Shown: one piece after another, positions 25,703 through 38,614 of the stretch
How the letters are laid out: every line of letters begins with the position of its first letter
Position numbering within the stretch: position 1 is the first letter of the stretch
Assembly: GCA_032718475.1 (NCBI GenBank)
Contig: JAUCBJ010008009.1
Location: 1 to 64,000, forward strand
Reading direction: 5' to 3'
DNA from: Nemertoderma westbladi
Taxonomy: Eukaryota > Animalia > Xenacoelomorpha
Length of the DNA: 64,000 nt
Program-made: the position numbers and the translations under genes
Notes under the pieces: model-generated
The model's input: the letters and a program-made list of their open reading frames with translations, nothing else
Database searches by the model: none
What the model was told of the DNA's origin: nothing

Positions 25703-25894
25703 GCGCAAAAGCACCGTTTCCGTGGCCCTACCTTGGGTCCCAAGGAGTCCGACGAGAACAGACGATCCTTCACGGAAGAGCAACTGAAAGCCGGACAGAA
25801 TACACCGAGTCAACAGATGGGGACCAATCAGGTTGCGAGTCAGGCTGGGATGATATCCTATGGAGCTAGAAGGTTTATAACGGATATGCACTGA
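25703..25894 (+). CDS. Myophilin/transgelin-like, canonical last exon (calponin/CLIK repeat)
   Basis: Acceptor tttgttaCAG; GPTLGPKES.EN.R.FTEEQLKAG...QMGTNQVASQAGM..YG..R; gives a 195-aa protein; AATAAA at ~26219 and ~26415. Confidence 0.95.
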   Translation, partial: AQKHRFRGPTLGPKESDENRRSFTEEQLKAGQNTPSQQMGTNQVASQAGMISYGARRFITDMH

Positions 25895-26979
25895 TTGGCT
25901 GGTTTAGTAGACCTATTATAAGGACTGCGGTACATTCCATCAATGATCTTGTTAGTTATAAAGGACAATGTTGTATTTAAATATCATTACAGTTAATTAT
26001 AAGTGCTGTTTCAGTTGGATAAGCAATTAACCCAACCATAAGTCTTACGATTTGGCCCATCAAATATATCTTGTGCGACAGTAATATGCAACAGCTTTTA
26101 TTTTCTTTTATTTTTATTTGAATTTTACATCGTTCTATTTTCGACACTTTTATTAATCGTTTGCTTTAATATTGTGCTCAACGTTATTATTATTATTGCT
26201 TCTCCTTCTGATATGCAAAATAAATTATTTTAATCGGTGCAATTTCTAATTTCCACCTTAATGTGCTTAATTTTTAATAATTATATTGATTAGTATTTGT
26301 GTAATTGTCCGATAGTTTAGGCTTTGGTTTTCGTATATATTTTGTAGTAATTAATTATGTTATCTGCAGTGATTTTATTACATTTTATTTACTCGCGATA
26401 AAACCGAATTGTTTAATAAAACCTTCAACCCCTCACATAGTTGCATTCGGTACCAGGAGCTTATTGCATGGTTTATCTTGAACCTGCTAATAGTCTAAGC
26501 AAACACGTCTATATTAATTGATGTAATGTTGTTGGAATGCCTACAACAGTGACTGTGTACGAATCAGTTAACTGGTATACTTTTAGTCATGTAGGGGGTG
26601 CCGTGCTAAACTGATTTATAACGTGGACTCTGATCAGTGCGGCACACCTTATTATTGCATATAATACGTTACAGTAGACAAATACTCTATAAAGAATATT
26701 GACAGATATATCATATCTACCGGCTTTGTATGATTACTATTTAGATCTAGTATGAAGAACAGAATACCGATTAGAGCCTAACTCATTGCAAGTGAGCAAA
26801 CAAGATGTGACGGGCTTTAGTTAATTTGGGTAGATTGCCATTTGTCATGGTAACAATATTTAATTCAATGCACTCACTACTTTTTACCTATTCGCTCAAG
26901 TTGACGTAGAAAATGTTCTTCGCGGGTATTGTAGAACATAGTTGAATTACCATGGATATAATATGAAGATGAAGAAATG

Positions 26980-27214
26980 GGGGTGGGGGACTTTCGACGC
27001 AATAATAATTACCCCTGTCCTGGAGAAAATCGACTCAAATAACAGCTGATTACTACCAAAAATAAAACTGTAACCCGTTCTATTGAATTTCGTTTATTGT
27101 TTTTGTTAGAATAACGTGCCACTGTAGCCTGTTCCTTTTCCTTAGTTAGTAATTTCACATTGAGGGGAACTAATAATTCGCCGAGAGATGGTTGGCTCGA
27201 AAGATGATCCACTC
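26980..27214. mobile_element. Degenerate MITE carrying the shared ~85-bp core
   Basis: Core at 27058-27140 resembles 25268-25350; imperfect inverted ends (CTTTCGA / TCGAAAG, ACCCCT / AGGGGA). Confidence 0.5.
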
Positions 27215-28339
27215 AATCTGCCAATAATAAAAGATAACATATAGATTATGTAAGTAAAAGGGTCTTTCCCTGCGTGGATAAATAAAAGTTTAGTTTCACT
27301 TGGGGATGCGAAAGAACTCCGGCTCCGGAAATCCGAGCCAATTTTCTGCCTCCGGCCTCGGGCAAATTAACCCGGAGCCGATCCGGAGGTTATGTTTTTG
27401 AAATTCGAATTAAAATAATAAGTTTTTCTGATGTATGAATAATGTAAATATCATAGTAATTAACATAAAAACTCATTAAGTAATTTACAGCTTGTTTTTT
27501 TAAGTTTTCTGATAACATCCTACCCCCCTTGTGAAATTGTTTAAATGTTTGAACAAAAACATTGAACTAACGTATCGTTCGTCAGTCCTAGAACATTCCC
27601 CTGACCCCCCCCCCCCCCCCCACCACAACCCCCATCCCCGACATCTGGTACTGTTTATTTGTATAAAATAATCAGTTTAAATACTTATAATTCTAGAACT
27701 AATTCATATTATAATTTTAATAGTTATACAATATTTGTGTGCAGAGATTGTATTTCAGTTCCTGTTCCTGATTCAATAATGTAAATAGAGCCCGAGGACC
27801 CTCTAACACAGTTGTGATACATGTATATCCAAATTACTAATATTATTTTAGATATCCGGTTTATGCCAGTCTACGTACCAATGTACGTAAGGTTTGGTAC
27901 ATGCTTTATCATTTATCAATGACATACTGAAAACGGCACCAACTACTCGAAATTAAATACACATGTCCCATAAAAATAGTGTCGATGATAAGTTGACAAC
28001 AAACTGAAGTTACTGATAGTCTAGTTTAGTTGTAAAGAAATAAATATAACATAGTTTGGGTAATGATGTGCGCACTGGAAGATACAAAATAAATTCTTGC
28101 CAGAATTACAATTGGCTAGATTATTGTTATTGATAATACAGTAGCAACGCAGCATCAGTCTCTAGCAGAGTCAGTATATAAATCTGCATAGGGCCTACTG
28201 CAATACAGCCCGGTTGATTGATTGGAATTTATACATTAAATTCATAAAATATATGAACTGAAAAACTGAACACTGAATAACTGAAAAGAAGTACCGGTAC
28301 AGATAATAAATATAGTAAAATATAATTGAGTTTAGGACA

Positions 28340-30395
28340 ATGCAATCCCAGAGGTCCCTGACCCTGGAATTGCTAGTTCTTCTCCTTCTTTAGATGCTCT
28401 CCAAATTCTTCAGCTCCTGAAAGATTCTAAGGTAAGGATATTAAAGTTTATTCCCTGTGGTTCAAGGGTCAAAGTTGCTAAAACCTTAAATTCGTGCATC
28501 CAGGACGTCCTGTCCCGGAATGATACAATTGCATGCCGGATTCTGCACCACTCCTAGTGTCAACTGCTACTATTAAATCCTATATCGAGAGCTTTAAACC
28601 TGGGTCAGCCGCTGGTCTATCTGGATTGCGCCCCCAGCACCTCCAGGATGCTACTTCCACACGGTCCGGTGATTCAGGCACCTTGCTATTGTCATAGCTA
28701 TTGTCATTGTCCACATCCCTAGTCAATAAGTTGCGAGCTGGTGATGTCCCCATCCACATTCGTTTAGTCATTGCTGGTGCTGCTATGCATGCATGCCTTC
28801 AACTAGAATGGTGGGGGATCAGGCTCAGAGTGGTTGGAGCGACTGCTTTGACCGTTTAACTGCTAAGTGTGCTTCTGGTTCAGCTTCTAAGAAATTTGCC
28901 ACCATATTTGCCCCACTCCAACTAGGGTTTTAGTGTCTCAGGAGGTGGTGAAGCTGCAGTGCATTCCCACCGGAATCATCTGCCCATCCAAAAGATGTTT
29001 TCATTAAACTGGACTTCACAAATGCCTTCAATACGATGCGTCGTGATCATGTTGCAGAATGTTTGACCGAGCAAGCTCCAGAACTATTACCTTTCTTTAG
29101 CCTTTGTAACGAGGATGCAACCTTCTTATCCTATGGTAACGAGATTTTGAAATCTGATAAAGGCTTCCAGCAAGGAGACCCTGTCGCTATCTTTGGATTC
29201 TGCCTTGGTCTCCACCCCATGCTCAAACTCTTGAAATCCCGCCTCAGAATTGGCTATGTCGATGACGTTGGTATTGGGGGCAAGTGGGACAAAGTTCTTA
29301 CTGACTTAATAGCATTTAGAGATGCTTGCAAAGAGATTGGCCTCATTCCTAATGAAAGCAAGTGTGAGATTACCACTTTCTGCCCTGAAGATGCCCCAGA
29401 CATAATCAGCGCCTTAAGGCAGGAATGTCCACTCACCAAAGTCACTGCACCTGCAGATCTCATCCTCCTGGGTTCACCCCTTGGGCCAGATGCCCTCGAT
29501 GTCACCCTAATTGAGAAACTCGAATGCCTCCAACAGTTTAGAGTAGGACTTAATCTACCAGGACACTATGATGCATTCTTCCTTCTTAAGAACTGCCTGG
29601 CGATGCCTAAGCTAATGTACTGTATACCCTAAGGACGTCTCCTGCCTTTACTTCCCCCGACCTGATCGGGCGCGTCGACAACTGCATTGGGGATTCACTT
29701 CAAGATGTGACCAACACGTCCATGGCCCCTGACGGCTGGGCGCAGGCTTGCCTCCCTTCTCGGTTCGGGGGCCTCGGTGTACCATCTGTTAGGCTGACAG
29801 CCCCAGGTGCTTACCCCGCCTCAGTACACCGCAACCACGAATTAACCTCTGCTATCACTGGAAACTTGGATGAACCTTTGTTCCTTCGAGCTGCCGTTCG
29901 AGTGATGGGAATGCTACTCACCTTCCTTTGATATTCCTGAGACACCAAGCAACCAAAGATCTTGGCAGGACCCAGTATCCAAATCCCAACTGGCATCACT
30001 AATTTCATCTAGTGATAATAGCTCTGTGTCCCGCCTTAAGGGCTGCCAAGCACCTGGTTCTGGTGATTGGTTGAATGCCATCCCCTCTGCTACCCTTGGC
30101 CTCCGCCTTGCCGATGAACAGTTCGGTATGGCTGTTGCTCTCCGTCTTGGCGCACCTGTTTGCTCTTCCCACCCTTCCTTGTGTGTGTGGCGCCGTCGTT
30201 GATGCTTTCAGCCAGCCATGCCTTAGTCTGCAAGTTTGCCAAGAGCAGACATGCACGACTCCGCCTGTGCAATGACACCATCTACCGCGCCCTCCAATCC
30301 GCTGAGGTACCCGCAACCCTTGAACCAGTCGGGCTCAGCATCAGCAACGACAACGACCTGAAGCGCCCCGATGGAGCCACTCTGCTCCCTTGGTC
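28340..30395 (+). mobile_element. Decayed CRE-like non-LTR retrotransposon (RT, Zn knuckle, REL endonuclease)
   Basis: GLRPQHL, KLDFTNAFN, QQGDP, YVDD, LPSRFGGLG, CVCG..HALVC, EPVGL..KRPDG.TL.PW; multiple stops and frameshifts. Confidence 0.85.
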
Positions 30396-30465
30396 AATTT
30401 ATCAGCACTCTGTTGACTTTCGGATTCACTTCTGCTATTGGTAGCGCTTTAACTATCATTATTAA

Positions 30466-30498
<33 letters not shown>

Positions 30499-31197
30499 CA
30501 CCATTTTCGGACAACTCTTCGATTTATCACTCTCAGCGTTTCAAAATTGTTTGGTTTTGGCTATAATTTGGAATATTGGTGCCTAAGATGCTGTTCTACA
30601 TGAGAGGTTAGAAAATTTTTATTTTTCGCTATTTAATATTAGATGAAACATGAATTACATTACATGAAAGTTTTTTTATGTGATAGATCAAAGTTGGGGC
30701 AACATAACTGTTTTTTTATGTGATAGATCAAAGTTGGGGCAACATAACTATCAGGCGAAATTTTGTGAAAATAATTCTGCACCGCTAGGTGGCGCTGCAA
30801 ATTTATGACTAATTTTTAGGTTTGTTATAAATAGTATTAAATTTTATTAACAAATAATTTCGAAAAGTTGTCTGACACTTTTATGCAGGGTGGCTATCTA
30901 GACACCCACAGGAAGTGTCAGACTAATTGCTCAAAAATTGTAGAAGTAGTAGGGTTTTGAAGTTGAAAATTTACTAAAAAAATATTTTGAGATAATCGAC
31001 ATTTCATTATATATAGTAATAGTAATTTCAATTGGAATCCCTAAATGGAAATTTTTATAACTTGTAAACTAAAAGAGCTATTTAATAGCGGTTTTCAGAT
31101 TTGGAAACACCATTCAATGGTGCATGATAATAGATCATAAAAAAAATTTCGACATATTTTTGACCAAAATGGTGTACCCCCCCCGCCCCCCCCCCCC
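30466..31197. mobile_element. Kolobok-like non-autonomous DNA transposon
   Basis: TTAA at 30462-30465 and 31198-31201; TIR G(n)TWCACCATTTT..GGWCAA. Confidence 0.8.
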
Positions 31198-31201
31198 TTA
31201 A

Positions 31202-32658
31202 GGAGAGTGCATGTAAAGAGCAGACTGCGGACTACGGACTGCGGATTGTCAATTAAAAGCCCAAATATGCGCGGTCAATTTGAATTATAGCATTATAATG
31301 TAAGAATCCGCTCTTTGTTGTCTGGACAAACGGCGGACTGAAGCCAGAAAATTTTAACCTGATTGGCTCAATCATTTACATAGAGGCCCAAAGGGAACTT
31401 TCTTGAATCCTCCTATTGGCTTAAATGTTTTCATTGTGACACAGAGATGGAAACCTATTATTTTGAAAACCTAGGCAGTAGGAAGAACTCTTGAACTTTC
31501 ATTAAAATCTCTCCGGTTAAGGCCGGTTCACTCTTTTAAGCATGATTCATTCGTAACTCTAATTTGGATGCAGACTTTGGGACTACTGTAGTATGTACTT
31601 CTGCTGCCGAAGCAGAGTTATGCTTATTGCTTAAAGGTGTGAACCGCGACCTTATAAGATATTCCTTGTTTGCTTGTTACTTAAATTAAAAGTTTTTACG
31701 TTGGGGTCGTCCAAAAAAAGGGGGGGGGGGGGGGGGGTGGGGGAGGTTGGCTCGTACTGCCACTATTATGTCTCTGTTAGTTGAAACAAAATTGGAACAT
31801 AATTGAAACATATTAGTCGTACATACTAGTAGTGAAAATTATTTTTCCAAGATTGACCGACTTATAAGCGTTCAAACATTTCCGACGATGACAACGACAG
31901 ACGGGTCCACCACTTATACCCATATGCTAAGGCTCACCTGGACTTACGTTGCTCGCCCCGCCCCACAGTTAATCGTATGTCAGATATGTAGGATATCACA
32001 GCCCACACTAAAAAAACATTAAAAAAAGCACTAGCCGATCGTGTTCGTGGTTTTCATTTTAAGGCTGTCATAAAAATTTGGACAGAATTAAATGCCAGTA
32101 ATTAGATGCGTCCTATTGGATGCTATTATAGATCCACACCCCTTTTCTTTGCCTCTCTTCCCCCTTTTCTTACGCTCTCTTACCCCAGGCACAGAGAAGA
32201 TCTTATTCCCCCAGCTCCTGCGCTTAGGATGTCCGAATATTCGCTCTTTTATATTTGCGAACAGACAACTGTGACATAAACTCTAAAGGCAGGAAGTATA
32301 TAAAAATATTTATTGAAATAAATAATCTGAAAATCCGTAGAATGTTGATTATATAGTAGGCCCTTAATCAACAGTCCACGTAATTACTGTATAGGATAAT
32401 TATTTCCTGTATTACAGTGTTGCACAATGGTAAACATTTAAACGCCAATGGGATGATTCATTCTTTAAGTTCCCTTTCAGCTTCAGCCTATGTAAATGAT
32501 TGAGCCAATCAGGTCACAATTTACCGGCTTCAGTCCGCCATTTGTCCAGACAACAAAGAGCGGATTCTTAGTTTGGAAGTCGATAATTCAAATTGACCGC
32601 GCGGATTTTGGCAATCCCCAGTCCGTAGTCCGCAGTCCGCTCTTTACATGCACCCCCC
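31202..32658. mobile_element. Second Kolobok-like element abutting the first
   Basis: ~180-bp TIRs (GGRGRGTGCATGTAAAGAGCRGACTGCGGACTACGGACTG...); TTAA at 31198-31201 and 32659-32662. Confidence 0.85.
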
Positions 32659-32973
32659 TTAAGGATTGAACTAAAGCCGAGTAACGCCCTCATCAGCCAT
32701 CTTGTACCGCTATTAATAAATTTAATTCAGCCTAATATAAACTAAATGATATAGTAAACTGAAAGTAAAAAGTACTGTAGTATGTATACCGGTATTCCGT
32801 ACCAGCCTATTCTACTTTACTGTCTAGTATATATGTAGTAGGCCCTTTTTTTATTAGTATAATTAAAAACACCCTGTACTTTTATTTTCCAAATTAAGAA
32901 GAAAAACATGAAATTCAACCATGACATTTAAAATCAAATAAACACTCTGTGACAAAAAATTATAAAAAGATAA

Positions 32974-33125
32974 TCAGGCAACAAGACCTGCCCCAACAGC
33001 CGTCTCGATAATCCCTGTCTCCGCGAGAGGCGGCTGTCGCCCCCTTTATGTTTGCAGGTCCCCCTTAGGCACTTAAGTGCTGCCTGAACCAGGGCGATGT
33101 TGTCTTGGTGCGTATCAGTGATACG
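32974..33125 (+). other. Candidate structured RNA or cis-element with a pseudoknot (unassigned)
   Basis: Six mutually compatible pairings in 150 nt, one of them crossing; G-U pairs favour the plus strand (see findings). Confidence 0.45.
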
Positions 33126-34049
33126 GTCGTGGAGTATGGGGCTAAATTATACAGCTTCTGGGAAATGCGTAGGGCCTACTGTAGGCCTACTGTAGTCTGT
33201 AGTATCTAAACATTTTTCTATAAAATGTGGGTGTGGGGCACTTTACCGATCAGGAGGCCTATTATATAATGCTAACTTCTTCTATGGGGCACTTTATCTC
33301 TCTACGGTGATAAAAAGAGGTATTAATTCCTGCAACTTCCAGTACAAATTATTTTAAGAATGATAACTTATTAGCGTTGTACTGGAGTTACATAGAGTTT
33401 CTAGTTTCAGACGTATTTTCTTTCCATTAAATGGCTGTATAAAGTTAAAGTAATTAATATTATTCCTATTTTCATTTCTAGTTCAATGGTCACATATCCT
33501 GAAACATCTGCTCTGCGCATCAATTGTTTGATTTGGGAGATCGATAATTTTGGCTTATTAATTTTGTCGTTGTATAATAATGAATAACATCATTCTATAA
33601 ATGTATTTAGGGGCTCACTCACTCTATAGTTTATAATTCGGTATTATTTCACTGGTTAACTTTGATGTTAGTTGAGTACTCAAACGTGGTAATTCGAAGT
33701 TTTTAATCAACTATCAACAATCCTAAACCATAAATAATGTTTCCGGTAAGTTGGCCTACCCTATTATATAATATTATTTTGGAACATAATTAATAAATTT
33801 ACTTTATAAAACTAAACCGATAACATGCAATATTGTGTTAAATTTATGTCAAAATTAATCACAACAAAATTTCATTTTTCACAATTTTTTTTATATATTT
33901 GGAACGTTGTCTGTGTGTAAAGATTGCTGTAAAATATCATTCCAACAACTATACCCTTGCAATACATAGGCCGTACATATAGGATGTATGATTGTATACT
34001 GTACATACAGGTCAGTCAGATATCACTCTTAGAGTAATTCACCTATTAA

Positions 34050-34240
34050 GGCCGGTTTACACGTGGCAAGCAACCTTTTGAGCAACTTTCTAAACAACTT
34101 GGTGGGAAACTCAGGTTGCCTATCAAGTTGCTCCGTATAAACTCGAAGTTGTTGTTGTAAAATGTTGCCACGTTTAAAATGGGAACAAGTAAAGTTGTTC
34201 AAAATAGTTGCAGAAAACGTTACCACCATGTAAACTGGCC
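34050..34240. mobile_element. MITE flanked by TTAA (Tourist/Harbinger- or Kolobok-like)
   Basis: TIR GGCCRGTTTACAYG; TTAA at 34046-34049 and 34241-34244. Confidence 0.85.
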
Positions 34241-36165
34241 TTAAATTGGGCAAAACCCCTCAATTTAGATTTTTTTATTTCTTCCTGAATTTAATGAAGA
34301 TTACCAATCTTATCGCATTTAGTTCAAAGTTATTATATTTTCTTTAGGGGTGGCCTTCGGCCTTCTCCACGTTAGCTGAACACAACATAACAGTAGTATT
34401 GTCATACAAAACGGCATTAGATCTGTTAAAATTACACCTGAGGGGTGAACCCTCTTAAAATAAATAAATTCCATTCTTTTATATTCCAAATAAAAATTTT
34501 CTATATTACACCGCAACCAAGCGGCGATCTGCATTATTCGACATTATTCGTACGACAAAAATTAATATTATAGGTTATTATTTTTACTACGTGATGTTCA
34601 TATTCTTAGAGTTTTTAGTTTTCATCTTATGGTGGTGAGTGAGGCAAACTAGAATCACCGAGAGAAAGCCGCCCCAATATTAGATTATTACAACAACATA
34701 TCCATTGGGTAAGAAAGTGGAGGAGAGCCAGCCCGTCTCTTAATTTTTTACTTTATATTACGCGATCAATTTTCACTCATCTCGTCATGAACCCAACATG
34801 TATGTAACCTTTTGTTAAATTTGTTGGCTATGCGTTTGCGGTTGTTTGGGCGGAGTGTGGTAGGCCTACACTTTTCACACTTAAATATTTTGGTTGTGAA
34901 ATGTTACAGGGCATAGCTATCTGAGATATTTCATTTATATTTTATTATGAGAGGAAGAAGAACATACAACGTTATTTACTATATATATAACAAAATAATT
35001 GTTTTCGGGTTTAACTTGGAAGCCTCCCCAAATAGTTGATATACAAATATATTTAAAATTATTTCCATGGTCATGGTCATTCACCCGTCTTTAGTTAGAA
35101 ATTTGTTTGCATGAAAGACAGTTTAGTTTAGTTTTTACTGATTTATTATCTCTTATCTGACTGGGGTAATAATAAAGGATAGGATAAATGGAAGCAAAGT
35201 GTAACAGTAACAAATATTTCCCCGTCACCCTAGAATGTCTTAAGTATATGATATATCAAAGGGGGAAGTTTGGATTCACTGCATAAATGCAGTTCACCAA
35301 ACTTCCCCCGAATGCACACTGTAACTTCCCCCTTCCCACAAATATCCACTGTTGAATTAATTTGGAGCGATATAATAAGTACAAAATTGTGCGAGTTTTT
35401 AATTGTGTGGTCCAATTGTTATTTGATTTCTATTTATTATTTAAAGTGCATTTAATATCACACTGGTTTTTAGAATATTATACTATACAACCTTATGTTT
35501 TATTAATTTACCCAATCGAAGCCTCATAAGGGCCGGTTATTTGTACGCATATCCCCTAATGCGCTCAGTAAGGTTCAAACAACATATTAATATGAAAATA
35601 AAGTATCTGCAAAGAAAAGAACCCAATACTATATAATTTGACCTTATTAAAAAATTTGCACTTTTGCACACTTATTTGTACAAATGCACTTTAGCAGATC
35701 GTAATGGTGGCTCTTATTTAACAAACTTATGTTTATCCTCTACCGATCTACGATGGTGCATTATCAAGTGTCAGTCGCTAAAAGTGTCAAAAATCCAATT
35801 TAATAAATCTGGATTTGCGATTTTGGACCATATTCATGGACATTTTTAAGTCACTTTATAGACATAAAAAGTTAAACAAATGTTACGATTATAGTTAGAA
35901 ATCATTCCAAACTACATTTTAATCCAAAAAATAACATTCTACGATGAATAGAACTGGAAATAACAGTGTTTGAAATATCGAAAAAATGTTCACTATTTAA
36001 GTGCATTTTGCACTAAGTGCACATAAGTCTTTTCCCAAGTTTTATCCTATTTCACACACTACAATCTATCCTCTATCCAATGAAAAAAGTTTCAGATTAA
36101 ACGGCCCTGTAGAACCGAAGTTATTTATGTTTAAAAATAGTCACTCGAAAATTTCAAATTCTCTT

Positions 36166-36238
36166 GGTCACATAGTCGAGTGGTTATCAATCACGTTAAT
36201 GAAACCTAAGTTCGCGGGTTCGAAATCCAATATTGACC
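36166..36238 (+). pseudogene. tRNA-like sequence (degenerate tRNA or SINE head)
   Basis: 73 nt, GGTCA...TGACC ends, A box TAGTCGAGTGG, B box GGTTCGAAATCC, T-run ~15 nt downstream; anticodon and T stems are poorly paired. Confidence 0.5.
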
Positions 36239-38614
36239 TGACCATTCTTAATTTTTTTGCAAAAAAAATTATTTTTATTTTTTCACTAAAATCGCTCTAA
36301 CTTCGGTTCTGGTGGTCCAAATTCAATAAAATTGGTATATTCTTTGCCGTAATTTTTTTCTTAATCTTTTGAGAAGGGGTTATTTTTGGCCCCAAAAAAA
36401 TTAAAAAAAAGGGCCAAAATAACGCGATATTTTTCGACCCTTAAAATTCGTAATTTTAATTATATATGTTAAGATAAAAGATAGCGGAGTTAATTTGATA
36501 CTTTTTACAGGTACTTTTGGCGCAATACGCTAAATTATAATGGAATAGCGATTTGTTAAAAAAAAAAATTTTTCGTCCCTTTTTATAAATATTATATTTC
36601 ACACGATCGCCTGCCGCTCCAGTTTTATAATACCTCCGGCGCTGTGATTAACGCTGTTAGATAGATAATTTAACGCACTATAAGTCTGTGTAAACAAATC
36701 TCCCGTAAGTTAAGTAGTTTTCGAGCTAGACGATTTCCCGCGAAGCAAGTTTGAAGCGCGAAATTATAATTTTGGCCCTCATTTTTTTAATATCATCCTT
36801 GGAGCAAAACCGATAGCATATTTGAATTCCCCGTATGGATATTGACTGTATAGAATGTACCTTAACCAACTAAAGTTAAAAATAAAAAATTATTCGATAA
36901 AAACTACTTTACAAATTCTGGCCCTTTTTGGCCCCTATTGCCGACATATTTTTTGTACCCCCATTCGATAGGAACGTAGCCCCAATGGTCTTCTACGAGT
37001 TTCATAAAAGAATTAGTGGATTCCTACCCGCGTTGTCGAATTAAACATTTCGGAAATAAGTTTTCCAAAAAAGACGGACAAAAACGTACAAATTTACAGC
37101 CCCTTTTTCCACCCGAAATTTTAATAAATATCTTACCCCCATTCGATACGAAGGTAGTACCACTCTTCCCCTTTCCAACCGCGTTACTTTCGTCCCCGTA
37201 CGATTAATATTAGCCGAGTTATAGCGGATCCCGCAAAGTCATTTTGTCCGTTTTTTCAACTTTGACGGACATTTTCGGAAAAAAGGCGTGGTAATCTTTT
37301 TTGAAAAAAGAAACGAATTCACTAATTAATCCCTTCTATCGTATCCCGGCGTCGGCTAAGCAATAACCTAGGGTTTTTTCGAGCCACTGTAGAGCGCCTT
37401 TCAAAAAAATTTTAAAATTGTCGAAAAAATGACGGATTTTTGTCCGCCGTGTCCGTCGAAGGGTTAGATTTAATAATGTTAGAGTTGCTAATATCTTAGA
37501 ATTCCGAGCCGCTCCCCTGGTGAGAAAATAAAAAAATTTGGTCAGTTCCTTCATCGAAAAGTCCCCCAGAATCCCAAGTTAACCTATATAGTTAGCGATG
37601 GCCTGCGGCTTTAGGAGCGGCCGCGGTATTCACCTCCCTCATAGCGGCCGCGGCGGTGTTGCGTCAAATGGAGAAATATTTATCCCACCAAGATTAAATC
37701 GATATAATATTTAGCAGTTTTAGCAATTTCATTTAAATTCACGTATAGCTTGATCATATTTACCGTGATAGCGTGATATTACACTTACTTATGTTGTCGT
37801 TATGTGAAGTTGTCGTTTCAGAATTTCAGCCGTTTCATTTTTTTTGTTAAATAAACGGTTAGTTCGTTGTTTTCGGAAATGTGGTCAAGCCTCTCCAAGA
37901 CGTGGCGACGTGGGAGGCTTGAATCACGTTCCATTGCTGTGAATTACTACAACAAAGATTACCTATATAAGTTAGTCGTTTTACTCCTATCTATCTGTAA
38001 TTGGCTTTTAACTTTCCAGATTTACCTTCACTTTTCCACCTTTGCTGTAAATATTATACATTAATTCAGTGCCCCTAGCATTCAGTTACCAGTTAGTGTC
38101 GTACGTGACCTAATGGCATAGGTGACCAAGATTTTCTTAGGATAACATCTGCTTTCTAGGCGGTGTTTTGTATGGGTACAGTACAAGGGGTCTGTCGAGC
38201 TAGCGTGAAATGGGGTTGGAAACACAGTTCAGTATATTGTTTGAATAGCATGTTGACAGTTGTATCGTTCCTATAGCACTGCAGATAATTTGCGTTGTGT
38301 CCTCGAATAGGCGTGACGCGTGAAGGCTGTTCCTCTGGGAGAAGAGGTTCACATGGAAGACTGGGTCGAAGCTTTCGACATAGGCTGCATCAGTCAATGA
38401 GGTTGAGAATATCCTCGCCGCTGCATGAGTCAATGAGGTTGTGAATATCCTCGCCAAGGCCGATGCTAAGGCACTGCGAGACGGGGCACAGTGCTTCATT
38501 CGTTCAATGCCCTGGTTGGAAGAGTGTAGACACTATAGGATGCTGGACCGATAACTTTTCGGTACAATGATCCTGCCATCGTGTAGGATGTACATATCTT
38601 ACACTGATAGCAAG

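Noticed and set aside
190-31740. Many G/C homopolymer runs and the resulting poly-Pro/Gly ORFs
   Set aside because: Low complexity, mostly inside repeats or introns; run lengths are error-prone.
32985-33097. Canonical HDV-like ribozyme or RNase MRP
   Set aside because: No P3/L3 or P1.1 GG; the GGTCCCC/GGGGCT pair is too close together and lacks GAAAG for MRP. Kept only as an unassigned structure.
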